From: an uncultured Planctomycetaceae bacterium
GTDB taxonomy: Bacteria > Planctomycetota > Planctomycetia > Planctomycetales > Planctomycetaceae
Length of the DNA: 64,000 nucleotides
Reading direction: 5' to 3'
Assembly (NCBI GenBank): GCA_963813715.1
Contig: CAWFAK010000002.1
Coordinates: 1-64,000 of the forward strand
The notes below the pieces were generated by a model that saw only the letters and a list, made by a program, of their open reading frames with translations, was not told the origin of the DNA and did no database searches. Each line of letters starts with the position of its first letter. The first letter of the stretch is position 1. The position numbers and the translations under genes were made by a program. Below are positions 12,553 to 23,293 of the stretch, one piece after another.

Positions 12553-14837
12553 TCAATCTTCATTCACATAGAGGCCGTAGACACTGCGCAGGCCCGCCAG
12601 CGCCGTTTGCAGACGCTTCTCGCGGGTGGCCTCCCAGTCGTCGCTGGTCGAGAGCATGCCGGCCACCACTTGCTCGGCCGTGGCCCGTGGGGTCGATCCC
12701 TCCGAGTCGGGCAGGTCACAAAGTGAATCGGCAAATGCTACGGCCCTTTCCGGCGAGTCCAGGCCGAGGGCGCGGACGACCCAGAAGTTGGCCGGCGTGC
12801 CGCTGAAGCTCCGTGCGCGAGCCCGCGCCGCGAGCGGAGCCAGCAATCGCTCCGACAGAGGCCGATCGTAAAACCGCACGAGACCCGCCAACTGGCTCGT
12901 ATCGATGTCGAGCATGTCGCGCTCGTGGCTCTCTCCCGGCAGCGCGACCTGCAGCGATAAAGCCCGCCAGAAGACTTCGCGGGCGAGCGCCGGATCAAAC
13001 CGGTCGGCCACCGGCACGAAGAGCGCCGTCAGACCGGCCGGCGTGTGATAGAACTGCGAGGTGGGATAGAGATAGCCCGTCCGCAGCGGCTTCACGAGCG
13101 CGATGCCCCGCTCGACGGCGCACCGTGCGGCGGCCAGATCGCGGGCCGCGGCCCCCTCCGCGATCAGGCTATAACAGCCGGCCTTGAGCTTCGTCACCTG
13201 AAACTCGAGGAACTCCTTCGAAAGGTTGAGCCCGAACGAGCCGCCGATCCCGAACATTTTTTCGGCGTCGGTCTTGGGCTGCGGCACTTGCGCGAACTTG
13301 AGCAAGAGTCGCTCGGCCGCGGCCGGGTCGACCCGCGCCACGCGGAAACACAGGCTGGGCAGACTGTTGGCGACGCCGCGCAATTGCGCGAGCGACAGGT
13401 CGCCCGGGACGTCGGCGAGCAGAGACTCCGTTTCCTGTGGGCGAAACCGAGCGACCTCGGCGGCCAGCCGGATCGATTGATCGGGCTCGAGATCCGCCGC
13501 CAGGTTTTTCGTCCGCGCAAAATCGAATCGCGACACGGCGATCGCCAGTTGAATCTTCAGTGCGGGGCGGCCGTTCAGCTCCTCGGGCATTTTCTGCGAA
13601 CAGTGCTTCGCATTCATCTAGCACCTTGCGGGCCCCGTCGTGATCTCCCAAGTCCCACAGCTGTGTGCCCAGTTCGCACAAAAAGAAGGGGCGTTGCTGC
13701 GGGGCAATCGGCGTCGCGAGCAGGGCTCGTGCCCTGGCGAGCGCTTGCCGGTGCGCAGTCGGGGGATTTCGTCCGGATCGACTCCGATTCAAACCAATAC
13801 AAATAGGCCTGAACTTTCGCGACGGGCTCTTTATATCCGTCGATCATTTGGAACGCCTGCTCCGTTTTGCCTTGTGCCAGGAGGGCGCGGCCAAGCGCAA
13901 ACCGGATCGAGAATTCGCTGTTCGGGCGGACGAATTTCAGGCGGTCGATGTGGGCCAGGATCCGCTCCGGATCCCGCCGCGCAGCGGCCAGCACCAGGCC
14001 GAAGTCGTTTTCGCCTACGGACGACGTCTCCAGCACGCGGGCGATCCTGGGCTCAATGATTCTCCGCGCCTCCGCCGCTTGCTTTTCCGCTGACCACAGG
14101 TGCCCCGCGTCGGCCGCCGGCGCGAGCACGCGCGGATGGGGATCACTGGTTCGCTCGAGCTCGATTCGCACATCGTGCGACGGGCAAGCGAGCGCGGCAC
14201 CGTGAAACCGAAAGCCCGCCGCATCGAAACAAACGATGGCTTGCCCCTCCGGAACGTCGGCGAGATCGAAGTGTCCGTTGGCGTCGGTGACCGCTTCCAG
14301 CCGCTTAGTGCCGTCGCCGGCTTGAATGACGGTCGCCTTGGCGATCCCCCTCCCTTGCCGGTCGACGAGAGTTCCCGCGACGCTGCCGAGCCGTCGCAGC
14401 GCGACAGCCGGCAGTTCCACCGTGCCCGACTGCAGTGGATGGGTCCAGCGCGACGACTCCGGTGCGAAGCCATCGGCGTTTAGTTCGAGCACGTAGGCGG
14501 CCCTGAGCGGGAGCGCGGGTGACTCGAGTAGACCCTCAGCCGTTGAAGGCGACGTCGTGCCGGCCTGAGTGATCTTCGGGCCTGAATCGAACATCCCGCC
14601 GCCGCCGCCTGCCTTCAACTTGAACACCGTCGCTTTCACGCCGGCGAGCGGCTTGCCGCCCGCATCGTGGACGTGCACCCGAAGGCGGATCGAAGTCGCG
14701 GCGGGACCCTTATCGGCGGCGCTTCGATCGCTCTTGCCGGCGGTCGCCGCGTCGCCGGCGCCGTGAGCCAGGCAGGCCGCACTGAGCGCAATCGCTAGCG
14801 CGGCGCAACGGGCGAGAAGTCGTGAGCTAGTGGACAT
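12553..14837 (-). CDS. Secreted protein with carboxypeptidase-regulatory-like beta-sandwich domains and helical C-terminus (two frameshifts, ~13600 and ~13760)
   Basis: VHDAGGKPLAGVKA and GTLVDRQGRGIAKATV...AVTDANGHF repeats; coding frame passes through ORFs 13614-14837, 13169-13792 and 12553-13617. Confidence 0.7.
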
Positions 14838-15067
14838 CGCGGAGCCTCAGCACTGAGGGTCGGCACGAGCGGAATGAGACCAGCGTACAGACGACTAGGA
14901 TCCGCCGATTTGTCTAAGTCTCTAGTCTCTCAGCAATTGAACGCACGGTCAGCGTCCAGTGCCGCCGGTGGAGAAAACTCTTGCAGCCGATTACGATCGA
15001 GCTGGCCGGATCACGCGCAGTTCCTGGCAACGACCAAAGTCGGATGAACAAAGGCGGTTTGACACTT

Positions 15068-16385
15068 ATGAACGCATCACAGCACGCGGCCAACAGCCGT
15101 ACCAGTCGTCGCCGGTTTTTGGGGACTGCCGCGGGAACTTTGGCGGCCGGGGCGATTGGCGGACCGCTCGTGCTGTCGCGTCCCGCCGGGGCGGCCGGCC
15201 GCGTGGGCGCCAACGACCGGATTCGCGTCGGCGCGATCGGCGTCGGCGGGCGGGCGAGCCTCCTGTTGCAGCAACTCCCCGAGGACGCGCAGATCGTCGG
15301 ACTGTGCGACTGCAATCTGCCGCGGGCCGAGGGTTTCAAGGCCAAGAACAAAGCGTCGTGGCCCATCGTGCAGGACTATCGCCGTCTGCTCGATCGCAAG
15401 GACGTCGACGCGGTGATCGTGGCGACCGGCGAGTTTCAGCGGGTCGTCCCCTGCATTCATGCCTGCCAGGCCGGCAAGGACGTTTACGCCGAGAAGCCGC
15501 TCACGCTCTACATCAGCGAGGGGCGGGCGCTGGTCGAATGCCGTGCGGCACTACAACCGCATCTTGCAGGTCGGCTCGCAGCAGCGCTCGATGGCGATGA
15601 ACCGCGTCGCCTGCGAACTGGTTCGCAACGGCGGACTGGGCAAGATCCTCGAAGTCCGCGCGATCAATTACACCGGAGCCGAGGCATCGCCGGCCCAGCC
15701 GTTCCCCGCCGAGCCGGTGCCCAAGGGGCTCGACTGGAACGTTTGGCTCAACCAGGCGGCGTGGCGCGAGTTCAACCCGGCGTGGATGGGCTGGATGCGC
15801 TGGCGCGATTTCTCCGGCGGCGAAATGACCAACTGGGGCGCGCACGGCGTCGACCAGATTCAGTGGGGCTTGGGCATGGACGGCAATGGGCCGACCGAGA
15901 TTCGCCCGCTCACCTCCGGCTCCAACGGCCAGGTCGCCATGCGCTACCCGAGCGGCGTCGAGGTCAACTTCGTGCTCGAGCAGGGTCACGGCCCGATGGG
16001 CGGCGCGATCTTCATCGGCGAGAAAGGCAAGCTCGAGATCAACCGCAACAAGTTCGCCTCCAATCCGCCCGAGATCGCCGAGGAATTGCGCAAGCACCTC
16101 GACGTGAACGAGGAAGAACGCAAGTGGAGCGACAACCTGGCCCTCTGGCAGGCGCGCTGGCACATGCAAAACTGGCTCGACTGCATCCGCAGCCGCAACC
16201 TGCCGGTCGCCGACGTCGAGATCGGCCATCGCTCGATCAGCGTCTGCCACCTCGCCAACATCGCCCGCGCCGTCGGCCGTCCGCTGCGGTGGGATCCAAC
16301 CCACGAGCACTTCATCGACGACGAAGAAGCCAACCGCTACCTCACCCGCCCGCGCCGCAAAGGCTTTGAGCTGCCGACGGTTTAA
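15068..16385 (+). CDS. Tat-exported Gfo/Idh/MocA oxidoreductase (frameshift ~15540)
   Basis: SRRRFL Tat motif, IRVGAIGVGGR, GKDVYAEKP, LQVGSQQRS, TNWGAH. Confidence 0.9.
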
Positions 16386-16391
16386 ACCTGA

Positions 16392-16470
16392 GGGTGGCAC
16401 TGGCGGCTCGTCCGCCAGTGTCTTCGGCAAAGGGTGAAACGCACACTGGCGGACAAGCCGCCAGTGCCAC
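16392..16470. repeat. REP-like inverted doublet (GGGTGGCACTGGCGGCTTGTCCGCCAGTG family)
   Basis: Copies 16392-16420 and inverted 16444-16470; same family at 17337, 32131 and 59614. Confidence 0.9.
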
Positions 16471-16501
16471 AAGGCGCATGCCCTGCCGGGCCCTTCTTGC
16501 C

Positions 16502-16931
16502 TTAATTCCAAAGGCCGTCTTGAAAATTGCTCGGCATCTGCCCGGAGTGCCAGTAACCCTGTTCGTCACGCCATCCCGCGTCAAAAATCACTTTCTCCAC
16601 AGTGCCGTCGCCGCGCATCAAGGGCTGCAGACGTTCATACGCGGTGGTCATGCCTGTCTTGGCGTCAACCGTAATCCACAGCATCGACCAGTGACACCCG
16701 TAACTGTCGTTAAAGGTGAACCACCGATAGGTATCATTTCGCGCTGGACTCGCATGGGCCAAGCATTTCCGTAATCTCGGCCAACGTCGTCTCTGGCAAT
16801 TGCAGCCTTTCCACGTTCGCCCACTGGACCATCACTCGAATATCGTCTGGAGTTCGCCCAGCGGCGAGCAATCCGAGCCAGATGGCGAACAAGACCGCGA
16901 ACAATCCGGCCACGCAGGCGAGCGCTTTCAT
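16502..16931 (-). CDS. Hypothetical membrane-anchored protein (frameshift ~16740), lower GC
   Basis: MKALACVAGLFAVLFAIWLGLLAA anchor, then TTLAEITEMLGP; continues in ORF 16502-16762. Confidence 0.5.
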
Positions 16932-17056
16932 CGGCGTGCTCTCGGAACCGATTCGGATCATCCGCGAAAATGCGGCTTCCCCTGAATGAAGAGCGCAGAA
17001 GGGACCCTTCCTGTCTAAAGGATCGCGCAAGGCCAAAAACAGTTACAATCACGTTT

Positions 17057-17305
17057 ATGGACGACGACGAAAAGAAGTGGATGAAAGAGCGACGCGGCTA
17101 CGTCTATGCCTTGGCGGCGACGTCGTACGTCTGCGGGCTGCTGCTCATGCACACATTGCTCGGCGCCGGCCGCCCGTTCGACTGGACTCCGATCCTGATT
17201 GGCACTCCATTAGGAGTGGCGATCGCGGTGCTGGCCGTGAGGGCGGTTCAGAAATTCCGCCGCCGCAGGCAGTCGCCGGCCAATCAATCCGATCGAGCCA
17301 TTTGA
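17057..17305 (+). CDS. Small two-helix membrane protein
   Basis: MDDDEKKW...; two hydrophobic segments and a basic tail. Confidence 0.55.
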   Translation: MDDDEKKWMKERRGYVYALAATSYVCGLLLMHTLLGAGRPFDWTPILIGTPLGVAIAVLAVRAVQKFRRRRQSPANQSDRAI

Positions 17306-17336
17306 CGTCCGAGGCTTCGCTGCAGCACAAAAGGCA

Positions 17337-17365
17337 CACTGGCGGACAAGCCGCCAGTGCCACCC
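17337..17365. repeat. Single REP-like palindrome (same family as 16392)
   Basis: CACTGGCGGACAAGCCGCCAGTGCCACCC. Confidence 0.85.
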
Positions 17366-17387
17366 GGATGACGGGTCGGTCGACGAA

Positions 17388-18296
17388 TTACTCGCCGCTT
17401 TTCAGGAACGTCCCTTCCTGCAACTCTTCGTACGCCTGCTGCAGTTGTTCCTGCGTGTTCATCACGATCGGGCCGTACCAGGCGACCGGTTCTTTGAGCG
17501 GCTTGCCGGAGACGAGCAGGAAGCGGATGCCTTCGTCGCCGGCTTGCACGACCACTTCGTCGCCGCGGTCGAAGAGGATCAGGCAGCGGTTTTCGGCCGC
17601 TTGCGGCGGCGTCGTGTCGAGCCAGCCGAGGCCTTCGGTCGGCACGGCAAGCGGGGCCGAGGCGTTGCAGAACTTTCCGCCGCCGGCGAAGACGTACGCG
17701 AACGCGTGGCGATCGGTTTCGACGGGCAGCGTCTTCCGCTTGCCGGGCGGCACCGAGACGTCGATATAAATCGGGTCGGCGGCGATTCCGTCGATCGGGC
17801 CTTTCTTGCCCCAAAACGTGCCGCAGACGACGCGGGCCCGGGTGCCGTCGTCCTCGATCGTTTCGGGAACCTGGGTGGCGTGCACTTCCTGATACCGCGG
17901 CGCGGTCATCTTGAGCGACGCGGGCAGGTTCGCCCACAGCTGAAAGCCGTGCATCCGGCCGAGCGAGTCTCCCTTGGGCATCTCCTGGTGAATGATGCCG
18001 CGGCCGGCCGTCATCCACTGAATGTCGCCCGGCCCGAGCGAGCCGCGATTGCCCAGGCTGTCGCCATGCTCGACGTTGCCGGCCAGGACGTAGGTGATCG
18101 TTTCGATGCCGCGATGCGGATGCCAGGGAAACCCGGCGAGATAATCCTCGGGCACGTCGTTGCGAAAATCGTCCAGCAGCAGGAACGGATCGAAATCGGA
18201 CGTGGCGCCGAAGCCAAACGCCCGTCGCAACCGCACGCCGGCCCCTTCGACCGTCGGCTTGGCTTTGATCACGCGCTTGATGGGACGCAGCGACAT
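17388..18296 (-). CDS. Pirin family protein
   Basis: DPFLLLD, FPWHPHRGIETITY, QWMTAGRGIIHQEMP, GFQLWANLP, GPIVMNT. Confidence 0.95.
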   Translation of the reverse strand: MSLRPIKRVIKAKPTVEGAGVRLRRAFGFGATSDFDPFLLLDDFRNDVPEDYLAGFPWHPHRGIETITYVLAGNVEHGDSLGNRGSLGPGDIQWMTAGRGIIHQEMPKGDSLGRMHGFQLWANLPASLKMTAPRYQEVHATQVPETIEDDGTRARVVCGTFWGKKGPIDGIAADPIYIDVSVPPGKRKTLPVETDRHAFAYVFAGGGKFCNASAPLAVPTEGLGWLDTTPPQAAENRCLILFDRGDEVVVQAGDEGIRFLLVSGKPLKEPVAWYGPIVMNTQEQLQQAYEELQEGTFLKSGE

Positions 18297-18362
18297 GGTT
18301 TGTCTCGCAAGCAAGTTTTCGATCACTGAGTCGCGCCGAAGTACAGCCAAGCGAAACGCGGC

Positions 18363-19790
18363 TTAGACGAACTTGTGCAGCGCGGCGATGATTTGCTCGA
18401 GGTCATTCTCGACGACGATCGGCTGATTGGCAAATCGCCCGGCCGCGCGGCCCGCCCTCGCCCGAGTGATAGCCGACCGTCGCGTTCGGATCCTTCAGGC
18501 CGTGGCCGGTGAGGATGCAGACCACGCGGTCATCGGCCGCGATCACGCCTTCCTCGCGGAGCCGCTTGGCGCCGGCGATCGACGCGCCGCTGGCCGGCTC
18601 GCAGCCAAAGCCCCCCGCGCCGACCTGGGCCTTGCCGTCCATGATTTCCTGGTCCGAGACTTCGCGGACGACGCCGTCGCAGACTTCCAGCGCGCGGAGA
18701 CATTTGACGAGATTCACCGGGCGATTGATCTCGATGGCGGTCGCCAGCGTCGCCGCCCGCCGGCCTTCGGCATCCATCTGCGAATAGAAATCATCGATGG
18801 CCGACGTGTCGGTCCGCCCCTCGTTCCAATGCACCTTGTGCTGTTCGTAGATCTGGTAGAGCGTGTTGGAACCTTCGGCGTTGATCACGGCCAGCCGCGG
18901 GATGCGGTCGATCAGCCCGAGTTGCTCCAGCTCATAAAACGCTTTGCCGAACGCGCTCGAATTCCCCAGGTTGCCGCCCGGGCACGACGATCCAGTCGGG
19001 CGGCTCCCAGGCGAGCGCCTCGAGCACGCGATACATGATCGTCTTCTGCCCCTCGAGCCGCAGCGGGTTGACGCTGTTGCACAGATAAATGCCCAGCTGC
19101 GAGCAGACTTCGCGGACGCGGGCCAGCGCTTCGTCAAAATCTCCCTGCACCTGCAGCGTGAGTGCGCCGTAATCGAGGGCCTGCGCCAGCTTGCCAAAGG
19201 CGATTTTGCCGCTGCCGACGAATACCACGACCCGCAACAGGCCCGTCGTGCTCGCGAAAACCGCCAGCGAGGCGCTGGTGTTGCCCGTCGAGGCGCAGGC
19301 GGCGGTCTTGGCGCCGACCATCCGCGCGTGCGTGGCGGCGGCCGTCATCCCGTTGTCTTTGAAGCTGCCCGAGGGATTGAGCCCTTCGTACTGCAGGAAC
19401 AGACGCCCCGGGTTCATGCCGACGTAGCGGCCGACGCGGTCGGACGACTGCAGAATCGTCTGCCCCTCGCCGATGGTGACGATTTCCTCCGGGCGGGGCG
19501 AAGGGCAACAACTCGCGAAATCGCCAGACGCCGCTCACGTCGAGCGGGTTGCGGCGATTGGACCAGCGGGCCTCGAAGTCGCGGAGCGACGCGGGCACGG
19601 GAATGCGGTCCCAGTCGTAGCGGACGTCGAGCAGCCCGCCGCAGGCGTCGCAGGCGACCCGCACCTCGTCGATGGCGTAGTCCCGTCCGCAGTCCGGCGC
19701 GATGCAGACCTGGCTGGCAAATTGGGAAAAGTCGGTTTTAGTGGAAATCAGGAAATCCCTTAGCCGGCGGCTCTGGGGCGTCCTCAGCAT
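18363..19790 (-). CDS. thrC: Threonine synthase (several frameshifts; start approximate)
   Basis: Zn-ribbon-like [72 protein letters not shown]. Confidence 0.92.
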
Positions 19791-19824
19791 AACGCTTTGC
19801 CCGGAATCGTCCTAGAATGGCTGG

Positions 19825-20712
19825 ATGCAGCCCACTCTCGTTCACCAAGCGCTTTTGGCCTCAATCCTCGAAGCCACGGCAGCCAAACCGGGCAACGTGC
19901 ATCCCGAGGCGTCGTTCGAAGATCTGACCTATGAAGACTTCGTGAGGTCGGCCGTTGTGGCGGCTCCGGCCTTCGAGAACGCGGCCGAGCGGGGCGTCGG
20001 CGCCACCGTTCTCGACGCCGTTCAACGCACGCGCGAAGCGGTCGGGCGAAATACGAATCTGGGCATCGCGTTGGTTCTTGGCTCCGCTGGCCACGGTCCC
20101 CGCCGAAACTCCGCTCGAGCAAGGCATCGGTCACGGTTCTGGCCAATCTCGATGTCCGCGATGCCGAGCAAGTGTATGAGGCGATCCGCCTGGCCAATCC
20201 GGGCGGCCTGGGCCGCGTCGACATGCAGGACGTGACCGAGTCGCCGAGCGTCACGCTGCTCGAAGCGATGAAGATGGCCGCCGACCGCGACGGGATTGCC
20301 GCCCAATACACGTCGGATTTTTCCACGGTCTTTGAGGGGGCCAAGCGACTCGCGCGGTTCGAGCCGTTTGCCGAGCGGTGGGAAGAGGCGATCGTTGATT
20401 TGCACGTCTGGCTGATGGCGCAGTTTCCCGACACGCTGATCGCCCGCAAGTGCGGTCCGGAAGTCGCGGCCGAGGCCGCCCGATTCGCCAGCATGGTCCT
20501 GTCGGCAGGTGGGCCGCAAAGCGCGATCGGTCGCAGCCGCATGCGCTACCTCGACACCTGGCTGCGCGTGAACGGCAACCAGCGCAACCCGGGCACCACC
20601 GCCGATCTTGTCGCCGGCTGTTTGTTCGTGGTCCTCCGCGACGGGCTCGTGCGAGACGCCGCCGATTCCCGCGTCTGCGCTCCCGTACCTGGAGAGCGGA
20701 GCCACCACATGA
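19825..20712 (+). CDS. CitG-like triphosphoribosyl-dephospho-CoA synthase family protein (Orf7-like C1-transfer-associated; frameshifts ~20078 and ~20650)
   Basis: LEATAAKPGNVHP, NTNLGI, PDTLIARKCG, NPGTTADL; alternative frame ends in TGA overlapping the next ATG. Confidence 0.82.
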
Positions 20713-21242
20713 GCCGGCCGGCCGGTGACGCATCAGGCGGCTCGCCCGGCAGCGCTCAATTTCGCGTGCGCGTCACGAAAGACCACCTCGTCTTTAGCGC
20801 CGCTCATTTCATCACATTCGCCGGCGGCATCTGCGAACGACTGCACGGGCACAACTGGCGCACGGCCGTCGAACTGGTCGGCCCGCTCGACGAGAACCAC
20901 TACGTCTTCGACTTCATCGCCCTCCGCGACGCCCTGCAGAAAATCGTCGACGGCCTCGACCACCGCGTGCTCTTGCCGACGCGTCATCCGCAAATCCGCG
21001 TCGAGGAACGGCCGACCGAAGTCGAAGCCACCTTCGAGAACCGCCGCTGGCTCTTCCCGCGCGAGGACTGCGTGCTGTTGCCAGTCGAAAACACGACGGC
21101 CGAGCTGATCGCCTTCTGGATCGCCGGCCAGTTGCACGAGCAAATCAACCAGTCGCCGAGTCACTCGCTCCAGACGCTGCGCGTGGAGGTTGAAGAGAAT
21201 TTTGGCCAGTGGGCGTTCTGCGAGGTGTCGCTGGCGAAATAG
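20709..21242 (+). CDS. 6-pyruvoyl-tetrahydropterin synthase/QueD family (COG0720)
   Basis: FSAAHF, CERLHGHNW, DHRVLLP, NTTAELIA, VEVEE. Confidence 0.9.
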   Translation: MSRPAGDASGGSPGSAQFRVRVTKDHLVFSAAHFITFAGGICERLHGHNWRTAVELVGPLDENHYVFDFIALRDALQKIVDGLDHRVLLPTRHPQIRVEERPTEVEATFENRRWLFPREDCVLLPVENTTAELIAFWIAGQLHEQINQSPSHSLQTLRVEVEENFGQWAFCEVSLAK

Positions 21243-21340
21243 TCCCGGCCTGCTGAGGTGCATTGCGGGCCTTCCGCAAAGCGGAACGCCCCCGGCCGCG
21301 CGGCGACAACAAAGCTTTAGATTCCAACGAACAACAGAGC

Positions 21341-21436
21341 TTGAAAGCACCATCGGGCTGACGCCCGACGCTCGCCGGGCCGTTCGCCGCCCATAACGCC
21401 CGGCGAGCCTCCAGCGTCAGCTGGGGGGTGCTTCAA
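21341..21436. repeat. REP-like inverted doublet (GGCTGACGCC..GCTCGCCGGG family)
   Basis: CACCATCGGGCTGACGCCCGACGCTCGCCGGGC (21348-21380) facing GCCCGGCGAGCCTCCAGCGTCAGCTGGGGGGTG (21398-21430). Confidence 0.7.
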
Positions 21437-21931
21437 TCCTCCGCGTTTCGTCTTGTTCATCGTTCCACAACGAGGACGCCTCGTGGACCGCTGGCGCTCT
21501 GTGGAAAATCTTCCGACTTGTTTCTGAGCCCGTAGAAACTTGGGGTCGGCTGGCGGGGCTTGGCGTGGTAGGGTCGAGAATGGCGGTCGCAGACGGAGCG
21601 CTCGGCGTGCGCCCGGACCCAGTCCAAGGTCCCCGGTCCAACGTCCGAGGTCGGGACGGGACACGAATGCCGGGACGGGATTTTCACCCCGAGCCCCCCA
21701 TATGAATGGGGGACCCTCTTCCAATTTCAAATCCGGTGTCCGGTCACGGGTCCGGTCCGCTCCGGTCTCCTAGGGTCCGCTCGAATGAGTCCGGCCGTAG
21801 TCTGTGCCCAGAAGCGACTTACGGCGGACAAGGGTCCGGTCCGGACACTTTCGATTGAAAGGGACCCGGAGCGGGACCGGACTCGAACATCGGGACGGGA
21901 TTGATCTGGGACGCCGGAAAATGCGGGGAGC

Positions 21932-22020
21932 TTCACCACAAAGTCACCAAGACACGAAGGAACACAAAGACGGATCCCGTACAGAATCTGACCTTAGTGC
22001 CTTCGTGTCTTTGTGGTGAA
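21932..22020. repeat. Inverted repeat element (TTCACCACAAAG...CTTTGTGGTGAA)
   Basis: Imperfect 29-bp arms 21932-21960 and 21992-22020. Confidence 0.8.
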
Positions 22021-22083
22021 AAAACCTGCGGGACTGAGGTCAGGACGGGACGGGATTTATTGGGACGGGACCCGAACACACCG

Positions 22084-22121
22084 CCCTCACCCCGGCCCTC
22101 TCCCAGACGACTGGGCGAGGG
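22084..22121. repeat. REP-like element CCCTCACCCCGGCCCTCTCCC..GGGCGAGGG
   Basis: Related inverted copy at 60171-60211. Confidence 0.75.
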
Positions 22122-22384
22122 TGAAAGTCGGGACGGGAAACGAATGGGATGGAGCAGCAGGTCAAAACCGGCGATCGGTCTCGTGTCCGGTCTCTTTGGG
22201 GTCCGCTGGAATGAGTCCGGCCGTAGTCTATCCCCAGCAGTGACTTACGGCGGACAAGGGTCCGGTCCGGACACTTACTATTGAAAGGGACCGGAACGGG
22301 ACCGGACTCGAACATCGGGACAGGATTGATCTGCGGAAGAAAATGGCGGGCGGCTGATCCGCGCGGGCGAGCCGGCAGCCTGGC

Positions 22385-23280
22385 CTACGACGCAAGCTGC
22401 AGCTTCACTTCCTCGGCCTTGAGCGAGACGATGGCGATGCCCAGGCGGTCGGCTAGTTCGATCACTTCCGGCTGATCGAGCATGATCGTCATTTCGCTTT
22501 CGACCGCCAGCACGCGGGCGCCCGCTTCGCGCATGGTTTGGATCGTCTCGACACCGATCGTCGGGACATCGAACCGCATGTCCTGCTGCGGCTTGGCCAC
22601 TTTGACGATGGTGAAGCCGCCGCGGCGGCAGAGCGTGCCGGCGCGGCGGATGGCGGCGTCGGTCCCCTCGATGGCCTCGAGCGCGATCACCGCCATGTCG
22701 TTGACGATGGCCGTCTGGCCGATGTCGAGGCGGCCCAGCTCCTTGGCGATCTCCCAGCCGAAGCGAATGTCGCGCCATTGGGACGGGGTTGGCTTGCGGC
22801 GGGTGAGGAATCCGTGTTTCACGAGCAACTCCGGACAGTAATTGAGAGCCGAATCGAATTCGATGTTGTCCCGCGCGTACTCGCGGATGATGGCCAATAA
22901 GAGCGTGTCGTCTTTGCGGTTCTCGCGGGCGTAACGGAGAATCATGTGGATGGCCCGCCAGTCGGGCAGGTGGCGGATCCAGCGGAATTTCTTGAACAAG
23001 AACCGTCTTATCGACCTTGCCCGCCATCACTACGCGGCTGACGCCGGCCCGCTTGAAGATCGGAGATCGACTTGCCAATCCGTCCCAGCGAAACGGTCGT
23101 GTAATAGTCGCACAGTTCGCGCAGCTCGTCGGGAGCCATACTCAAGGCACCGACGCAAACGACGGAGAGCCCCTGCTTCCGCGCAGCCTGGGCGAACGCG
23201 ATGGGAAATCGGCCGGCTCCGGCCAGCAGACCGATTCTTCCCCGGCTACTCAGCGCAATCGTTTGACCTGGTGCATCCAT
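22385..23280 (-). CDS. lpxI: UDP-2,3-diacylglucosamine diphosphatase LpxI family (frameshifts ~23010-23080)
   Basis: IGLLAGAGRFP, LDIGQT, ALEAIEGTD, KVAKPQQDMRFDVPTIG; downstream of lpxD. Confidence 0.9.
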
Positions 23281-23293
23281 AATGCGAGACGTG

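Larger units (their letters stand above)
21761..22333. repeat. 148-bp direct repeat (copies 21761-21908 and 22186-22333) with internal hairpin
   Basis: Both copies read ..AATGAGTCCGGCCGTAGTCT-var-GACTTACGGCGGACAAGGGTCCGGTCCGGACACTT..ATTGAAAGGGACC..CGGGACCGGACTCGAACATCGGGAC.GGATTGATCTG. Confidence 0.92.

Noticed and set aside
20172..21242. Apparent CitG-QueD fusion ORF (356 aa)
   Set aside because: A one-base shift near 20650 gives ...LPYLESGATT-TGA overlapping the PTPS ATG at 20709, which has its own GGAG. Two coupled genes plus an indel is more parsimonious.
21317..22315. Short ORFs in the repeat tract (e.g. 21317-21730, 21901-22284)
   Set aside because: Translations are composed of the repeats themselves, with no RBS or domain-like signal.
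21761..22333. CRISPR array
   Set aside because: Only two 148-bp copies, no regular repeat-spacer periodicity, and no cas genes.
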